A stretch of 64,000 nt of DNA from Octopus vulgaris. Taxonomy: Eukaryota. Under the pieces are notes generated by a model that was given only the letters and a program-made list of their open reading frames with translations, did not search any database and was not told the origin of the DNA. The stretch spans positions 106,950,001 through 107,014,000 of the forward strand of contig OX597816.1 in assembly GCA_951406725.2 (NCBI GenBank), written 5' to 3'. The translations under genes were made by a program, and so were the position numbers. Each line of letters begins with the position of its first letter. Within the stretch, counting starts at the first letter, position 1. Of this stretch, positions 40,976 to 52,259 are shown piece by piece.

Positions 40976-41237
40976 TGGAGTCTTCTGTTGTTGACGACAG
41001 AAGAGGGTTCAGCAATCTCTTGCTGAACGACCTGTTTATTTATTTAATGTGATCAAATGTTTGTGTTGTACATTAGCTTATTCTCTCTATCAAATCGACA
41101 TTTCCAGTTACAAGTGCACGGTACATGGTGCACCTCACATCAGATGTCGAAGTGATCGCGGAGCTGAGTGAGATAAAGTGTTTTGTTCAAGAATATAACG
41201 CATCGATCCGTCCCGGAATCTAGTGATCGGTTTGTGC

Positions 41238-41316
<79 letters not shown>

Positions 41317-41599
41317 GCTATATATATATATATATATATATTGTTATATTCTGTTAAGAACGTTGTAGAGAACAGTATAAAGCTCGTCCACATTCAGATT
41401 TCACCCTCTGCTATCCAACAGTAGCATTATACCTACTGCCAGATTTGTGTTGCGGCTTCTGTAGTGTGTGAATGGAAAACTGAATAAGTTGGGGTCAACA
41501 AGAAAGAGTACAGAGGTACTTGTGGTTACAAATAGATGTTCTTCTGTACTCCTTCTTGTTAACTCCAACTTATTCAATTATAAATATATATATATATAT

Positions 41600-41790
41600 A
41601 TAGGGAGAGTTCACACACAAAAAAAAAAAAACAAAAGACGAAGACAGGTGGTGTAGACAACAAGCAGATGTATTAGTACAACGCTCGGAAAGTGAAGTCT
41701 TTAACATTTCGAGCCTACGCTCTTCCGCAGAAAGGAACACAGAAAGAAACAAAGAGAGAAAATAAAGAATGTGTAGTGGTTAGCGATCTA
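41600..41790 (-). mobile_element. Solo Penelope pLTR containing a minimal HHR (41698-41735)
   Basis: Minus strand CCTTT-CTGCGGAA-GAGCGTAGGCTC-GAAA-TGTT-AAAGA; colinear with 56713-56910; (TA)n on both sides. Confidence 0.82.
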
Positions 41791-41815
41791 ATATATATAT
41801 ATATATATATATATA

Positions 41816-42643
41816 GTAATACTAAGCAATAAAGGGTTTAGCAACGAATTGCCTTACCACAGACCGAATTTAGAAATAGCAGTCAAAGAGTTATAGCTAT
41901 TTCTTCTACTAAAAAGGAGATCTCAGTAAAAAACACAGCAATTGGAAGGCAGACACAAACAGGTAAGAGAGAATGAATTGACGGCAATCTATCATACAAT
42001 TTTAAGTTATCTACGGACGCACGTTTCGAAATCAAGTTTTTAGGAAAGCATGAGAATTAAATATTAAATAATTCTACGTTACCCAAACTTCTTTTCTCTT
42101 CAGCGTAGAATACTATAATCATAAGTGATTATATATTGAATTTTGAGATACTAGAAGGCACCAACTCAACTCAGTATCAGAGCGAGCTAGAATCCGCAAC
42201 TAGTATCACCAAACTCAAAGTGTGAATGAAAGGATTGTGTCACCAGCCCCTTCCCACCCGCGTGTAGCCAAAACAAGATGCTATGGTCATCTACTGAGAT
42301 AAAATATGGTTATCCGTAATAATGAAGGGTGAAATTAATTAATTTGGAATAATTATCAATTACACCAAGTAGTCTTCGGCATGTAAAAGCCTCATTCGAG
42401 GAAAATTTAAGTAATACTAAGCAATAAAGGGTTTAGCAACGAATTGCCTTACCACAGACCGAATTTAGAAATAGCAGTCAAAGAGTTATAGCTATTTCTT
42501 CTACTAAAAAGGGAGATCTCAGTAAAAAACACAGCAATTGGAAGGCAGACACAAACAGGTAAGAGAGAATGAATTGACGGCAATCTATCATACAATTTTA
42601 AGTTATCTACGGACGCACGTTTCGAAATCAAGTTTTTAGGAAA
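41816..42643 (-). mobile_element. ORF-less partial tandem (~1.4 x 596 bp) HHR element, retrozyme- or pLTR-like
   Basis: 41816-42047 is repeated almost identically at 42411-42643 (one extra G seen). The unit contains a complete HHR. Confidence 0.8.
42010..42109 (-). ncRNA. Type I hammerhead ribozyme with canonical core and extended stem II
   Basis: TCTACG-CTGAAGA-GAAA..AAGTTT..AGAATTA/TAATTCT..AAACTT..TTTC-GAAA-CGTGCG-TC-CGTAGA: perfect 6-bp stem I and a GUC cleavage triplet. Confidence 0.88.
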
Positions 42644-42674
42644 ACTTTTTTATTGAAAGAAGATATATTAAACG

Positions 42675-42723
<49 letters not shown>

Positions 42724-42849
42724 TTGTGTGTGCACGTGCGCGCGTGTGTGTGTGTGTGTCTGTGTGCGTGCTCATCGTGTAAAATTTTTACGATAGTTGA
42801 TTTATGGAAAAGATTATGTTACATTTTTGAAATGCAAATATATATTAGC

Positions 42850-43420
42850 AGCAGGTGAAGATCGGAAGATCGCCCAGAGGCAGCTGTGCCATTGTTAGAT
42901 TTCTGCGTGAATTAGCTTCAGCTGCAGCAAAAATTACCACTGTGTTTTTAGCACTATACGTCCATAAGAGATGCTTTCTCGAAACGAATACCACAGTTTA
43001 GAAGGCTTTCATCAGTATTTGAACATTAATTTTACGCACATATCGTTAATTCCAAACAGTGTTGACGGTTCTCGGCAAGACTTTACAACATCCTTTTCCA
43101 GTCACCAACAGGTCTCCAAGACCCCCAAAATAGGGATGCATTTTCACAACAAAATTCCCTGACAGAAAAACTAACGGGTGGTATTGCATATACACAATGG
43201 CCATTTAGAACATTTCTCACAGAAATGCCTACCTAATAGACGTCACATCCGGTACCGATAAACTTTGTACGTTATCCAACTGCACAATCCGCAACAACAA
43301 AAACAGGTGTTTATGTGCATATGTCGTCTACCAGTTCGAGTGCAGTAAGTGCTGCATTGGCAGTTTATTCAGTGCCTGCACTTCCAAATGCATGGAATAT
43401 CTCCACACACTCGCTCCACT
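42850..43420 (+). pseudogene. Possible piggyBac transposase C-terminal Cys-rich remnant
   Basis: Manual reading across frames gives HF..LCTL..VYQFECSKCCIG..ACTSKCMEYLHT, resembling the piggyBac CRD that ends in CF..YHT; heavily decayed. Confidence 0.4.
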
Positions 43421-43598
43421 GGTTAAAAAGTTAAAGCTTACTTATTTCATTCATAAATGTTTTAACATAGTTTTCTAAATCAGTCACGTAGGCATACATA
43501 CATGCATACATACATACTTCCATACATAGATGCATGCTTACATATATGCACACGTATCCATACATAGACACAAACACATACATACACACATGTATAGA

Positions 43599-43654
<56 letters not shown>

Positions 43655-43657
<3 letters not shown>

Positions 43658-44727
43658 TTTGATACTTTGATACTTTGATAGATTTCGGCCATTATTGGCC
43701 CAGGCCATGTCTAACTTAATAGCACCACCTGGTGAAGTCTTTCAAGTCAGAATTTGGGCACTATGGCCCACTCAAGTAGAGAGTTATTGTTTACAGAGAC
43801 ATATCCGGGTGTAGGGGGTTTATCCGGGATTTCTTGAAGGAATCTGTCCAAAGACTTCTTGAACCCTATAGGGTCAGTTTCTGTTTTAATGTGTTTTGGT
43901 GTAATGTTAAAGAGAGCGGGGCCAATTGAGGTGAAATAATTGTGCCGTATTGTTGTTATGAGATGAGAGTGCGATTTTTGTTTTGGGCGGATGGCACGGG
44001 GCCCAAGCCTTGGATGTACCTTAAAGGTGATGCCAACATCATTTGGGCAATGCTGATGGAATATTTTCCACATCATGCAGATGATATAGCGCTCACGACG
44101 ACGTTGGAGAGAATAGAGTTTTAGCTTTTCTAGTTGACCCCAATAGTCGAGGCCTGTCATGCCATCTATCTTTTTTGTGATTGCCCTTTGAGGTGCTTCG
44201 ACTTTTATGATACCTTGTATTGTGTGGGGAGACCACAGTGGACAACAGTATTCAAGGTGGGGTCGGGCAAAAGTGGAGAAGAGAAGGATAATGGTGTGGA
44301 TATCTCTCGACTGGAAAGTTCTGAGAATCCAGGAACACATTCTGCGGGCCATGTCAACTTTGGTGTTTATATGAGTGGCCCAGCTTATGTTGTTGTCCAC
44401 AATTACTCCCAAGTCTCTGATGTTGTTGGACGCCGCGAGAGTTTCACCTGAAGGAAGGGAGTATGGGAGTTTCAGGGCATCCTCTTTTCCAAAGTGGATT
44501 AGCTCAAATTTATCCTCGTTCAGCAGCATATTGTTTTTTTCTGCCCATTGGATAACAGCCAGTAGATCTGACTGAAGGCATGTCCGGTCACTCGCCTCAT
44601 TTATGACCTTCTGTAGCTTGGAGTCATCTGCAAAGATTTTTATGTTGCTGTGCTTGATGATGTCATTAATGTCATTAATGTAAATGATGAAAAGAAGTGG
44701 GCCCAGCACAGTGCCTTGCGGAACGCC
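43655..44727 (-). mobile_element. Young 5'-truncated CR1-clade LINE inserted in (TA)n
   Basis: Open RT/C-terminal frame, short 3' UTR and (ATCAAAGT)3 tail; (TA)n directly on both sides. Confidence 0.93.
43747..44727 (-). CDS. CR1 ORF2 fragment: reverse transcriptase C-terminal half
   Basis: GVPQGTVLGPLLFIIYIND, FADDSK, RDLGVIVD, RPHLEYCCPLWSP and LYSLQRRRERY; stop-free but 5'-truncated. Confidence 0.9.
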   Translation of the reverse strand, partial: GVPQGTVLGPLLFIIYINDINDIIKHSNIKIFADDSKLQKVINEASDRTCLQSDLLAVIQWAEKNNMLLNEDKFELIHFGKEDALKLPYSLPSGETLAASNNIRDLGVIVDNNISWATHINTKVDMARRMCSWILRTFQSRDIHTIILLFSTFARPHLEYCCPLWSPHTIQGIIKVEAPQRAITKKIDGMTGLDYWGQLEKLKLYSLQRRRERYIICMMWKIFHQHCPNDVGITFKVHPRLGPRAIRPKQKSHSHLITTIRHNYFTSIGPALFNITPKHIKTETDPIGFKKSLDRFLQEIPDKPPTPGYVSVNNNSLLEWAIVPKF

Positions 44728-44819
44728 TATATATATATATATATATATATAATTTTATATATATATATATATATAGATTTTCTTTAAGTATTGGAAATAG
44801 TTTTAAAAAAGTTTTTTTT

Positions 44820-44989
44820 AAAAAGTTTTTTTAGCTGCTATTTCTAATGAGTTCAGTATGCGGCAAAGTAATTTATTTTACTAAGCCCTTTTATATAATG
44901 TAATAATTTGAATTCGCCTTAAATGGTCCCTTTGCATACTGAATACTTGGTGAAATTGATTAATTAATTAATTTTACCCTCAATTGTTG

Positions 44990-44990
<1 letters not shown>
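44820..44990 (+). repeat. Diverged fragment of the 41816-42643 element family
   Basis: Its reverse complement aligns by eye to 42325-42480 (GGGTAAAATTAATTAATT..ATCAATT.CACCAAGTA..AAAGGG.TTAG..TTAGAAATAGCAG); next to (TA)n. Confidence 0.65.
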
Positions 44991-45046
<56 letters not shown>

Positions 45047-45279
45047 GCATTCATCTACCCATACATATATACATACATACATATATACATACGTACTTAC
45101 ATACATACATAGCTACATGCTTACATATATGCACACGTATTCATACACAGACACACATACATACATTTATATATGTATATATATATATCCATCCATTCAT
45201 CTACCCATACATACATACATATATACATGCATGCATGCATACATACATACATACATACATACATACATACATACATACA

Positions 45280-45311
<32 letters not shown>

Positions 45312-45327
45312 GGTATATGTGTGTGAA

Positions 45328-45391
<64 letters not shown>

Positions 45392-45916
45392 TGTGTTTGC
45401 AGCGTTTTTAGAGACGAGATTTTTGACCAGCATAATCCATGTCCGTTTCAATTCTGTCGTTAACTTCGTATTCTTCCGTCGATGATACATAGTACCCCTT
45501 GCTTTAAGTAGGGACGATTCAATTCCCAAATGAACCAATTTCGATTGATTCACATCACTAATGTCCCCGGGAATCGGAATTCCACTTCGAGTCCAAACAG
45601 ATGTAGAGTTTATTTGCATAATGAAGTGAGTGAGCAAACTGAGTGTCAATAACGAAACAAACATAATTCGTTCGCACGTATGTATGTATGTATGTATGTA
45701 TGTATGTATGTATGTATGTATGTATGTATGTATGTATGTATCCTTGTACGTATGTATGTATGTGTGTATGTATATGTGTATGTATGTATGTATATATGTG
45801 TGCATGTATATGTGCATGCATGTGTTGGTGTTATATATGTATGTGTGTATGTATGTATGTATGTGTATGTATGAATGTATACATGTATGTGTGTGTATGT
45901 ATGTGTGTATATATGC

Positions 45917-45949
<33 letters not shown>

Positions 45950-46244
45950 TGTATGTATGTATGTATGTATGTATGTATGTTCTCTTGTGTTTTTAGCTAT
46001 ATGAAATCTTCCTCTGAGGAAGGAGCTAGTTTCTAACAATGGAATAAAGCTTCGTCGTTCAAAGATAAATAACAAAAAGAACTTTTCATTTTAAACTAGA
46101 GAAAAGTCTTGCATATTTTTTATTGCTGCACTTACAGATTGTATTTGTAATGTGCGAATCAGCGGGTTGATTTTTTTCCTTGCTTATCCGGATTAACATT
46201 TTTACTCAGAAAACCAAGTGCATCAATTATCATTGGTATAAATA

Positions 46245-46648
46245 TGAGGGCAGTGAGCTGGCAGAATCGTTAATGCGTTGGACGAAATGCTTAGCGGTAT
46301 TTCGCCTGCTGCTACGTTCTGAGTTCAAATTCCGCCGAGGTCGACTTTGTCTTTCATCCTTTCGGGGTCGATAAATTAAGTACCAGTTAAGCACTGGGGT
46401 CGATATAATCGACTTAATACCTATGTCTGTCCATGTTTGTCCCCTCTATGTTTAGCCCCTTGTGGGTAATAAAGAAATAGGTATTTCGCCTGCCGCTACG
46501 TTCTGAGCTCAAATTCCGCCGAGGTCGACTTTGTCTTTCATCCTTTCGGGGTCGATAAAATAAGTACCAGTGATACACTGCGGTCGATGTAATCAACTAG
46601 TCCCCTCTCCCCGAATTTCAGACCTTGTGTCTATAGTAGAAAGGATTA
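46245..46648 (+). mobile_element. SINE family B, tandem dimer
   Basis: Two near-identical GGTATTTCGCCTGC.GCTACGTTCTGAG.TCAAATTCCGCCGAGGTCGACTTTGTCTTTCATCC cores with different tails. Confidence 0.92.
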
Positions 46649-47022
46649 TTGGTATAAATATGCATTTATAATCTGGATATGGAAGCCAGATATTTCGAAG
46701 CAGTTGTTCGTAGTTATTTGCTTTCTCTTTGATTTTTGATGAGATATTCACATCAGTAGAACAGCTGAACTCTATGCCGCTGCGTACCTTTTCTTTTCTG
46801 TCCCTCACTACAATATCCGGCATGTTATGTTTACACTAGACAGAAGTTTTGATGAGAATGTTCCATAAACATTCCTTGTGTTGATATTTGTGTATATATT
46901 CAATAACAGGAAATTCTCTTTATCTATTTCGAAACAGTAGTTCTTATGAATGGTATTGTTTATTTTTCGTTTTTGGATTTGGTCTGCAAGATTCTTTATA
47001 TGAGTTCGTGTGTTGAAGCATA

Positions 47023-47309
47023 TTCTGTTGTGTCTGGGGAGAGTCATTTTCTTTTTGTGCCTTATTAATTAACACACTCTCCGGTAAATTTCCACTTGTT
47101 TCTTATTTTTATTTTCCTAAAATTTTCGTTGCGTCTTGCAACCTTTTCGATAGTTTTGAGAGTCAAAACTATTGAAAACTATTGAAAAGGTTGCAAGACG
47201 CAACGAAAATTTTAGGAAAATAAAAATTAGAAATAAGTGGAAATTTTACCGGTGAGTGTGTTAAATGATAAAGCACAAAAAGAAAACGATCCTCCCCAGA
47301 CACAACAGG
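47023..47309. mobile_element. Fully palindromic TA-flanked MITE (~135-bp arms)
   Basis: TA|TTCTGTTGTGTCTGGGGAG..CGTTGCGTCTTGCAACCTTTTC and GAAAAGGTTGCAAGACGCAACG..CTCCCCAGACACAACAGG|TA. Confidence 0.85.
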
Positions 47310-47863
47310 TATTGTTTATTGTTTTAGCGACAACGTCGTGTCGCAAACTGAGGTAGAAATTTGATGGCATTTTTGAGCAACTGCTAATCAGATGGGTGAT
47401 GTCTTCCAAAGAAATATGACATAATCTATATTTTTGGTTGCATCTTGGAGCTTCAAGGGTTTCGCTCTCTCTTTTGTTTACTAGTTATTAAGTAGCAATC
47501 TCCTGTACTTGGATTGCAAATGCAGAGCCTTCGAAGTGTGATGTAATGTAGTAGTCACAAGTCCAAGGGATGGTGCACTTTAAGATATCTCACTTTAAGC
47601 TGATATCGATATCGTCTTCGACTCTTCAGGATAGATATACTTGCATGATCTTTATTTTTTTCCCATATGTTGAGCTGTTTCGCATCCTTGTCTTCTTTGA
47701 GGTATTTAAGTGCAGTTGTTTTGGGATTGCACAGAAAATCATCAGGGAGAGAGTGCTTCCAGAGGAACTCATTACTGACATATAGGATGTTGATCGCCCC
47801 GCTTTTTAGCACCAAGTTTATGTATTTATTTTTGCTGCTTGTGTTTAGTAATCACTGTCAGAA

Positions 47864-47928
<65 letters not shown>

Positions 47929-47931
<3 letters not shown>

Positions 47932-48649
47932 ACGGCATTCGAAGGGCTGTCTGCACTGATCTCAAGCCTTACCTCTTTAGCGTCGTGTAGTCATCACTCT
48001 AGAACGGTCAGCAGTTTAGTAGCTTGGATAGCTCCTGCTATGTATGTTAAAGATGTTCTATTACGAAAGGATGGAATAAACAAAGGAGACTTCCTTAAAC
48101 TTCACAAATAATTTAATGTAACAAGAATCAGATACGAGTTCAGCAACAATATGTTTCGTGCGAAGCAGTACATAAATGCGAGAAGTTATATACGAATTGG
48201 TCTTGTCGCATTCCGTGTGGAAAGAAGGACGATGGAAAAATGTACGAGAGAAATTCGTGCGGCAATTGGTTCGCTAATACAGTAAGAGCAAACCGTACAC
48301 CTGTCGTGTAACATGAGTTGTTTGCCACAGGCGGTTGCTACTAGAAACCATTTCTCTAGCTTAGGCCACGTATAGGGAAAACTTTGCTGCTCTTCAAACC
48401 AGGATGCGATCGGATCAAAATTCGACGCGGAAGAGAGGAAAACCAAAGCAAGTCTGTCCAATATATAGGCTGAGTTACTGCTAGCGCCACCTAGCAAACG
48501 AAATATTTCTAGAATGTTCTATGCCATAGTGGCTTTACTAAAACGGATGTAAATCCGCTGACCCTAGAACATTCTAGATCATTCATCAAGGGAGGTCACT
48601 AATGTTGAATCCCCCTGGCTTCCGGAAAACCGCAAATAGAATAATGACA
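47929..48649 (-). mobile_element. Probable solo LTR (721 bp)
   Basis: TGT...ACA ends, and it interrupts the R4 frame. Minus-strand order is HSEs, TATATA (~48462-48467), then ATTAAA (~48111-48116). No TSD seen; the left flank is an (AG)n expansion. Confidence 0.6.
48500..48585. promoter_or_regulatory. Two heat-shock-element arrays in the LTR
   Basis: TTC-ta-GAA-tg-TTC (48507-48519) and GAA-ca-TTC-ta-GAT-ca-TTC (48567-48584) match inverted nGAAn repeats. Confidence 0.6.
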
Positions 48650-49026
48650 GGATCTGTTTCAATTACGTCATACCTACACCTCCTTCGTCTCTTCTTAGGT
48701 AGAGCCTATCGGTATCACTGTTTCTGTGGAAGTTTCCAGTCGATGTCAGGATCTTGCGGATTTTAATGTCTATAGAGTGTGTTTTTTCTACAGACCAGTC
48801 AAGTATTCCAGATGTTGGAATCAGTACTGATACTGAAAATGCATTGTGGGATATTGTCTTGTTGCACGAAGAAAGTTCCAACTGCCAAATTTGATATAAT
48901 ACTCTCGGGTCACTCTATTTTTATTCACTTCATATTCACAGCGCCTTCATGTAATATCCTTTCATCAATGCCCAGGTATGTATGTATATGCATGTGTGCA
49001 TGCACAATGCATATACATATGTGCAT

Positions 49027-49073
<47 letters not shown>

Positions 49074-49084
49074 CATACATATAT

Positions 49085-49121
<37 letters not shown>

Positions 49122-49375
49122 GAGAGAATAAATTTCAAAGGTCAGTGTTCATATTCACTCAATATATTTCAAAGCATTGGAATACTCCTCTGCATACATA
49201 GATGAATTCATATACACAAGATATAATATGAAATACATAAATGTACTTGCGAGGTTATGTCTGTATTAAAATCAATGAGGATATTAAAATATGCGGATGG
49301 TGAATGTATAGAGGTAATCCAAATAGATGAGAAAGTTGATATAAAATGATTTTAAAAGGAATCTTAAGCAGGCGT

Positions 49376-49468
49376 AAAGTCTTACGGCCGTTTCGAGAAG
49401 ATATAGATTGGTATGGGCAAGTTAATTCCAACCATAACAATCATTTATATTTCTCTCATCAGAGTTAA
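49376..49468 (-). ncRNA. Type I hammerhead ribozyme with extended stem II and eroded stem I
   Basis: CTGATGA-GAGAAATATA..GATTG.TATGG../CCATACCAATCTATATCTTCTC-GAAA-CGGCCG-TA-AG with palindromic stem III CGGCCG; lies in a ~600-bp AT-rich block between (TA)n tracts. Confidence 0.7.
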
Positions 49469-49749
49469 TCTAAAGGATGTATAAAAGTGTTATTTAAATC
49501 TTAAATTTTTAAGCAACACGAGAAATTTAAGAATTAAAAAAAAATCGAATGCTGTTCAAGCGGACGATATGATAAGAGCTAAATTTACATGTTTAAATAA
49601 ATTATGAAGCTACAGGTAATAGTGTTTGAATCCAAATACATAAAGGGTAACTAGGTTTTATATTCCTGAGGTTCTATTAGAGCGCTAATTAGTTGTGTGC
49701 TGTATAAGGGGTCCCATTTATTTCTTATATATATATATACACACATACA

Positions 49750-50002
49750 CGTGGTCTGAGCAATAAGTATCCGGGCTGTTGCTATAGTAACGAAGCTAAA
49801 GAACGCAGATTAAAGCCGCTTGGCAGAGATTGACTTGAACTCTGCAATGCATGCTCAGTGAGTTTTAACGTTCTAGCTCACTTCTGCTATTTACAGCAGT
49901 GCTTAGAAGGAAGGCGTGTAGCATGTGATCGTCGCATTGACCAATGCATGCTTTAGCTTCGTTCCTATGGCAACAGTCCGGATACTTATTGATCACACCG
50001 CG
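49750..50002. mobile_element. Mariner-type MITE
   Basis: ~55-bp TIRs CGTGGTCTGAGCAATAAGTATCCGGGCTGTTGCTATAGTAACGAAGCTAAAG / CTTTAGCTTCGTTCCTATGGCAACAGTCCGGATACTTATTGATCACACCGCG|TA. Confidence 0.85.
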
Positions 50003-50017
50003 TATATTATATTATTA

Positions 50018-50111
<94 letters not shown>

Positions 50112-50163
50112 GTTATATTATATATGAGGCATATTCACACGTGTGTTTGTATGCATCGCTCTG

Positions 50164-50243
<80 letters not shown>

Positions 50244-50529
50244 CATCCATATATGTCGCATTGTATCACTCAGGAAACGCCTGCTGAGTAGTAAAGAGAG
50301 AAACGAGTGCATTTCACACATACTAAAAAGTGAGAGGAACATCTTCAGAATTAGAGAACTACTGTGCAGATACGCTTGACCAAGTGATTAAGGCGTTGTA
50401 TTCGCGACATCAAGATCGTACTTTCGATTCACAGACCAGCGGTGCGTGCTGTTTTTTTTTTTAATGGCGGTGCTCCAGCATGGCCACAGTCATTGGACTG
50501 AAACATATAAAAGAATAAAAGAATACTTT

Positions 50530-51335
50530 GAGAATGCAACTGTTTCGTGGGATCTAAAGGAGGTAGAACTGACCCCCCTAAACAGAAACTTGGAGGAGAA
50601 GCAGGCATCACATCAGCAGAAAGCAATGCATGGGTACAGGAAGACCTGGACCTGTGATAGATACATTACATCCCACTTAGAAGTGACATGCCTTCGCTAT
50701 CCAGGAACAGGAGATAGCTATTAAATACCTGATAAACAGGAGGAACAAGGATACCACCAAACCTCTATGTTGTGATAAAAAATCTCGGCTCTGCTACGTC
50801 ACTGTGGAAGATATCATCCACATCATCAGCAACTCCCCAAAATGTCTACGAAGTCTGATATAATTGCAGAGACTATTTACAATGCAATCCGCAGGAAGGA
50901 TTGTCCTGACGTATATGTCAAAGACATGTCAGGACCATCATGTATCCACACCTTTAAAAACAAGGAATACTGGTAGAACACTACCCCCACCAAAAAATAT
51001 AACAGACCAGATATTGTTCTGTGGGACAGGGAACAAAAGTCATGCACCAATGTAGAGGTCAGCTGCCAAGCACATGTGAATATACAATGAAAAGTCCAAG
51101 AGAAAGAGAACATTTATGGTAAATTAATGCAGAACTTACAGCTCTTGTACCTTGATTATAAATTCTCATTTGTACCTATAATCATAGGTGAATTAGCTTA
51201 TATATTTACGCAAAAATCTAGAAATACTGGGTTTCTCGAAGAAAGAGCAAAAGAAACTGACATGCATTCTCCAAATTCAATGTATTAATGGCACAGTGAA
51301 GATCTGTAATACATTCCTAATATTTCCCATCTGAG
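50530..51335 (+). pseudogene. R4/Dong-type LINE 3' remnant
   Basis: QKAMHGY, YITSHLE, VEDIIHIIS, RPDIVLWDR..VEVSC, EKENIYGKL and FVPIIIG in shifting frames; homologous to 46650-47800. Confidence 0.8.
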
Positions 51336-52259
51336 ATTCTTTAGATTGCGCATCGACAGCTCAACCAAAACACTAACTCAACCACATATTTCCAAACACC
51401 GGGAACTCTTTTAAATCAAAAAGTTTTCTCGCTTTGTTAGCGACCAGCTTGAAGAACTTAAATAAAACTAAAAAAAACCCCAAAAAGCATACAAACATAT
51501 ATGTGCGTGTCTGAGCGTGTATCTATACTTCGAAAATTTCGCAAAAAAAAAAAAATTAAAAATTAAGTATGTGTGTGTGCGTGTGCGCGTATTTATTTTG
51601 CAAATTTTTGATGTGAAATCATTAGCTGAACTAGATGTTGACTTAATAGTGGTAATTCAATATAAACGTATTCAGACTTATGCTATTCACTAAGAAAACT
51701 ATTGAATAGCTTCATAACAGACGAGACACTGAGTATCCTTCTATTCAGAGTATCAATCAGATTGCTTAAGCTTGTTAGCATGACATTATGACAATGTCGT
51801 TAAGAGTTCACTTCACAATTACGTGGTTTCACTTCGATCTTATTGTGCAGAACATTAGGTGTTTCTGTCATAGTTTTGGGTCGGCCAAAATCTTGTGAGC
51901 GAACTTTAATAGTCGGTCACAGTATGGAAGCCCATCGGTGGGAGCGTTTACATTATTAGGTTGTAGACTTAATTCCTCGCCATTATTTTAGCCACATTAT
52001 TTGGATCCTGGGCATCTTTAGGAAAGTCCATTATAAATAGAGCATTTGGGCCAGGTATCTGATTTGGGTAAGACTTTACCCTTTCCTTCTACAAGTTTCT
52101 GGAGGGCTGAAAATATGGTCGTTGTCTTGACAAAGCTATAAAAAAAAGTAAGTACAAAAAAATATTTTTTTTAGGTAATTTTTTTGAGCGCATCTCGATT
52201 GAATATTTCGTTGCAGATATATCGTTGGGTAAATGAAAACATTTAATGTTGTTCGTTGC

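Larger units (their letters stand above)
46650..48975 (-). pseudogene. R4/Dong-type RLE LINE remnant with a nested MITE and LTR
   Basis: GNFHRNSDTDRLYLRRDEGGVGM, EDITHLISSCSKM..RHDVVAKTI and PDIVVRDRKEK..IEFSC..DVNI..NYEQL..IPIIL. Confidence 0.88.

Noticed and set aside
41868-41885. TAGAAATAGCA motif resembling the Cas9 sgRNA scaffold (relatives at 17405, 44835 and 55063)
   Set aside because: The match is only ~11 nt, lies in an endogenous repeat family, and has no rest of scaffold or cas gene.
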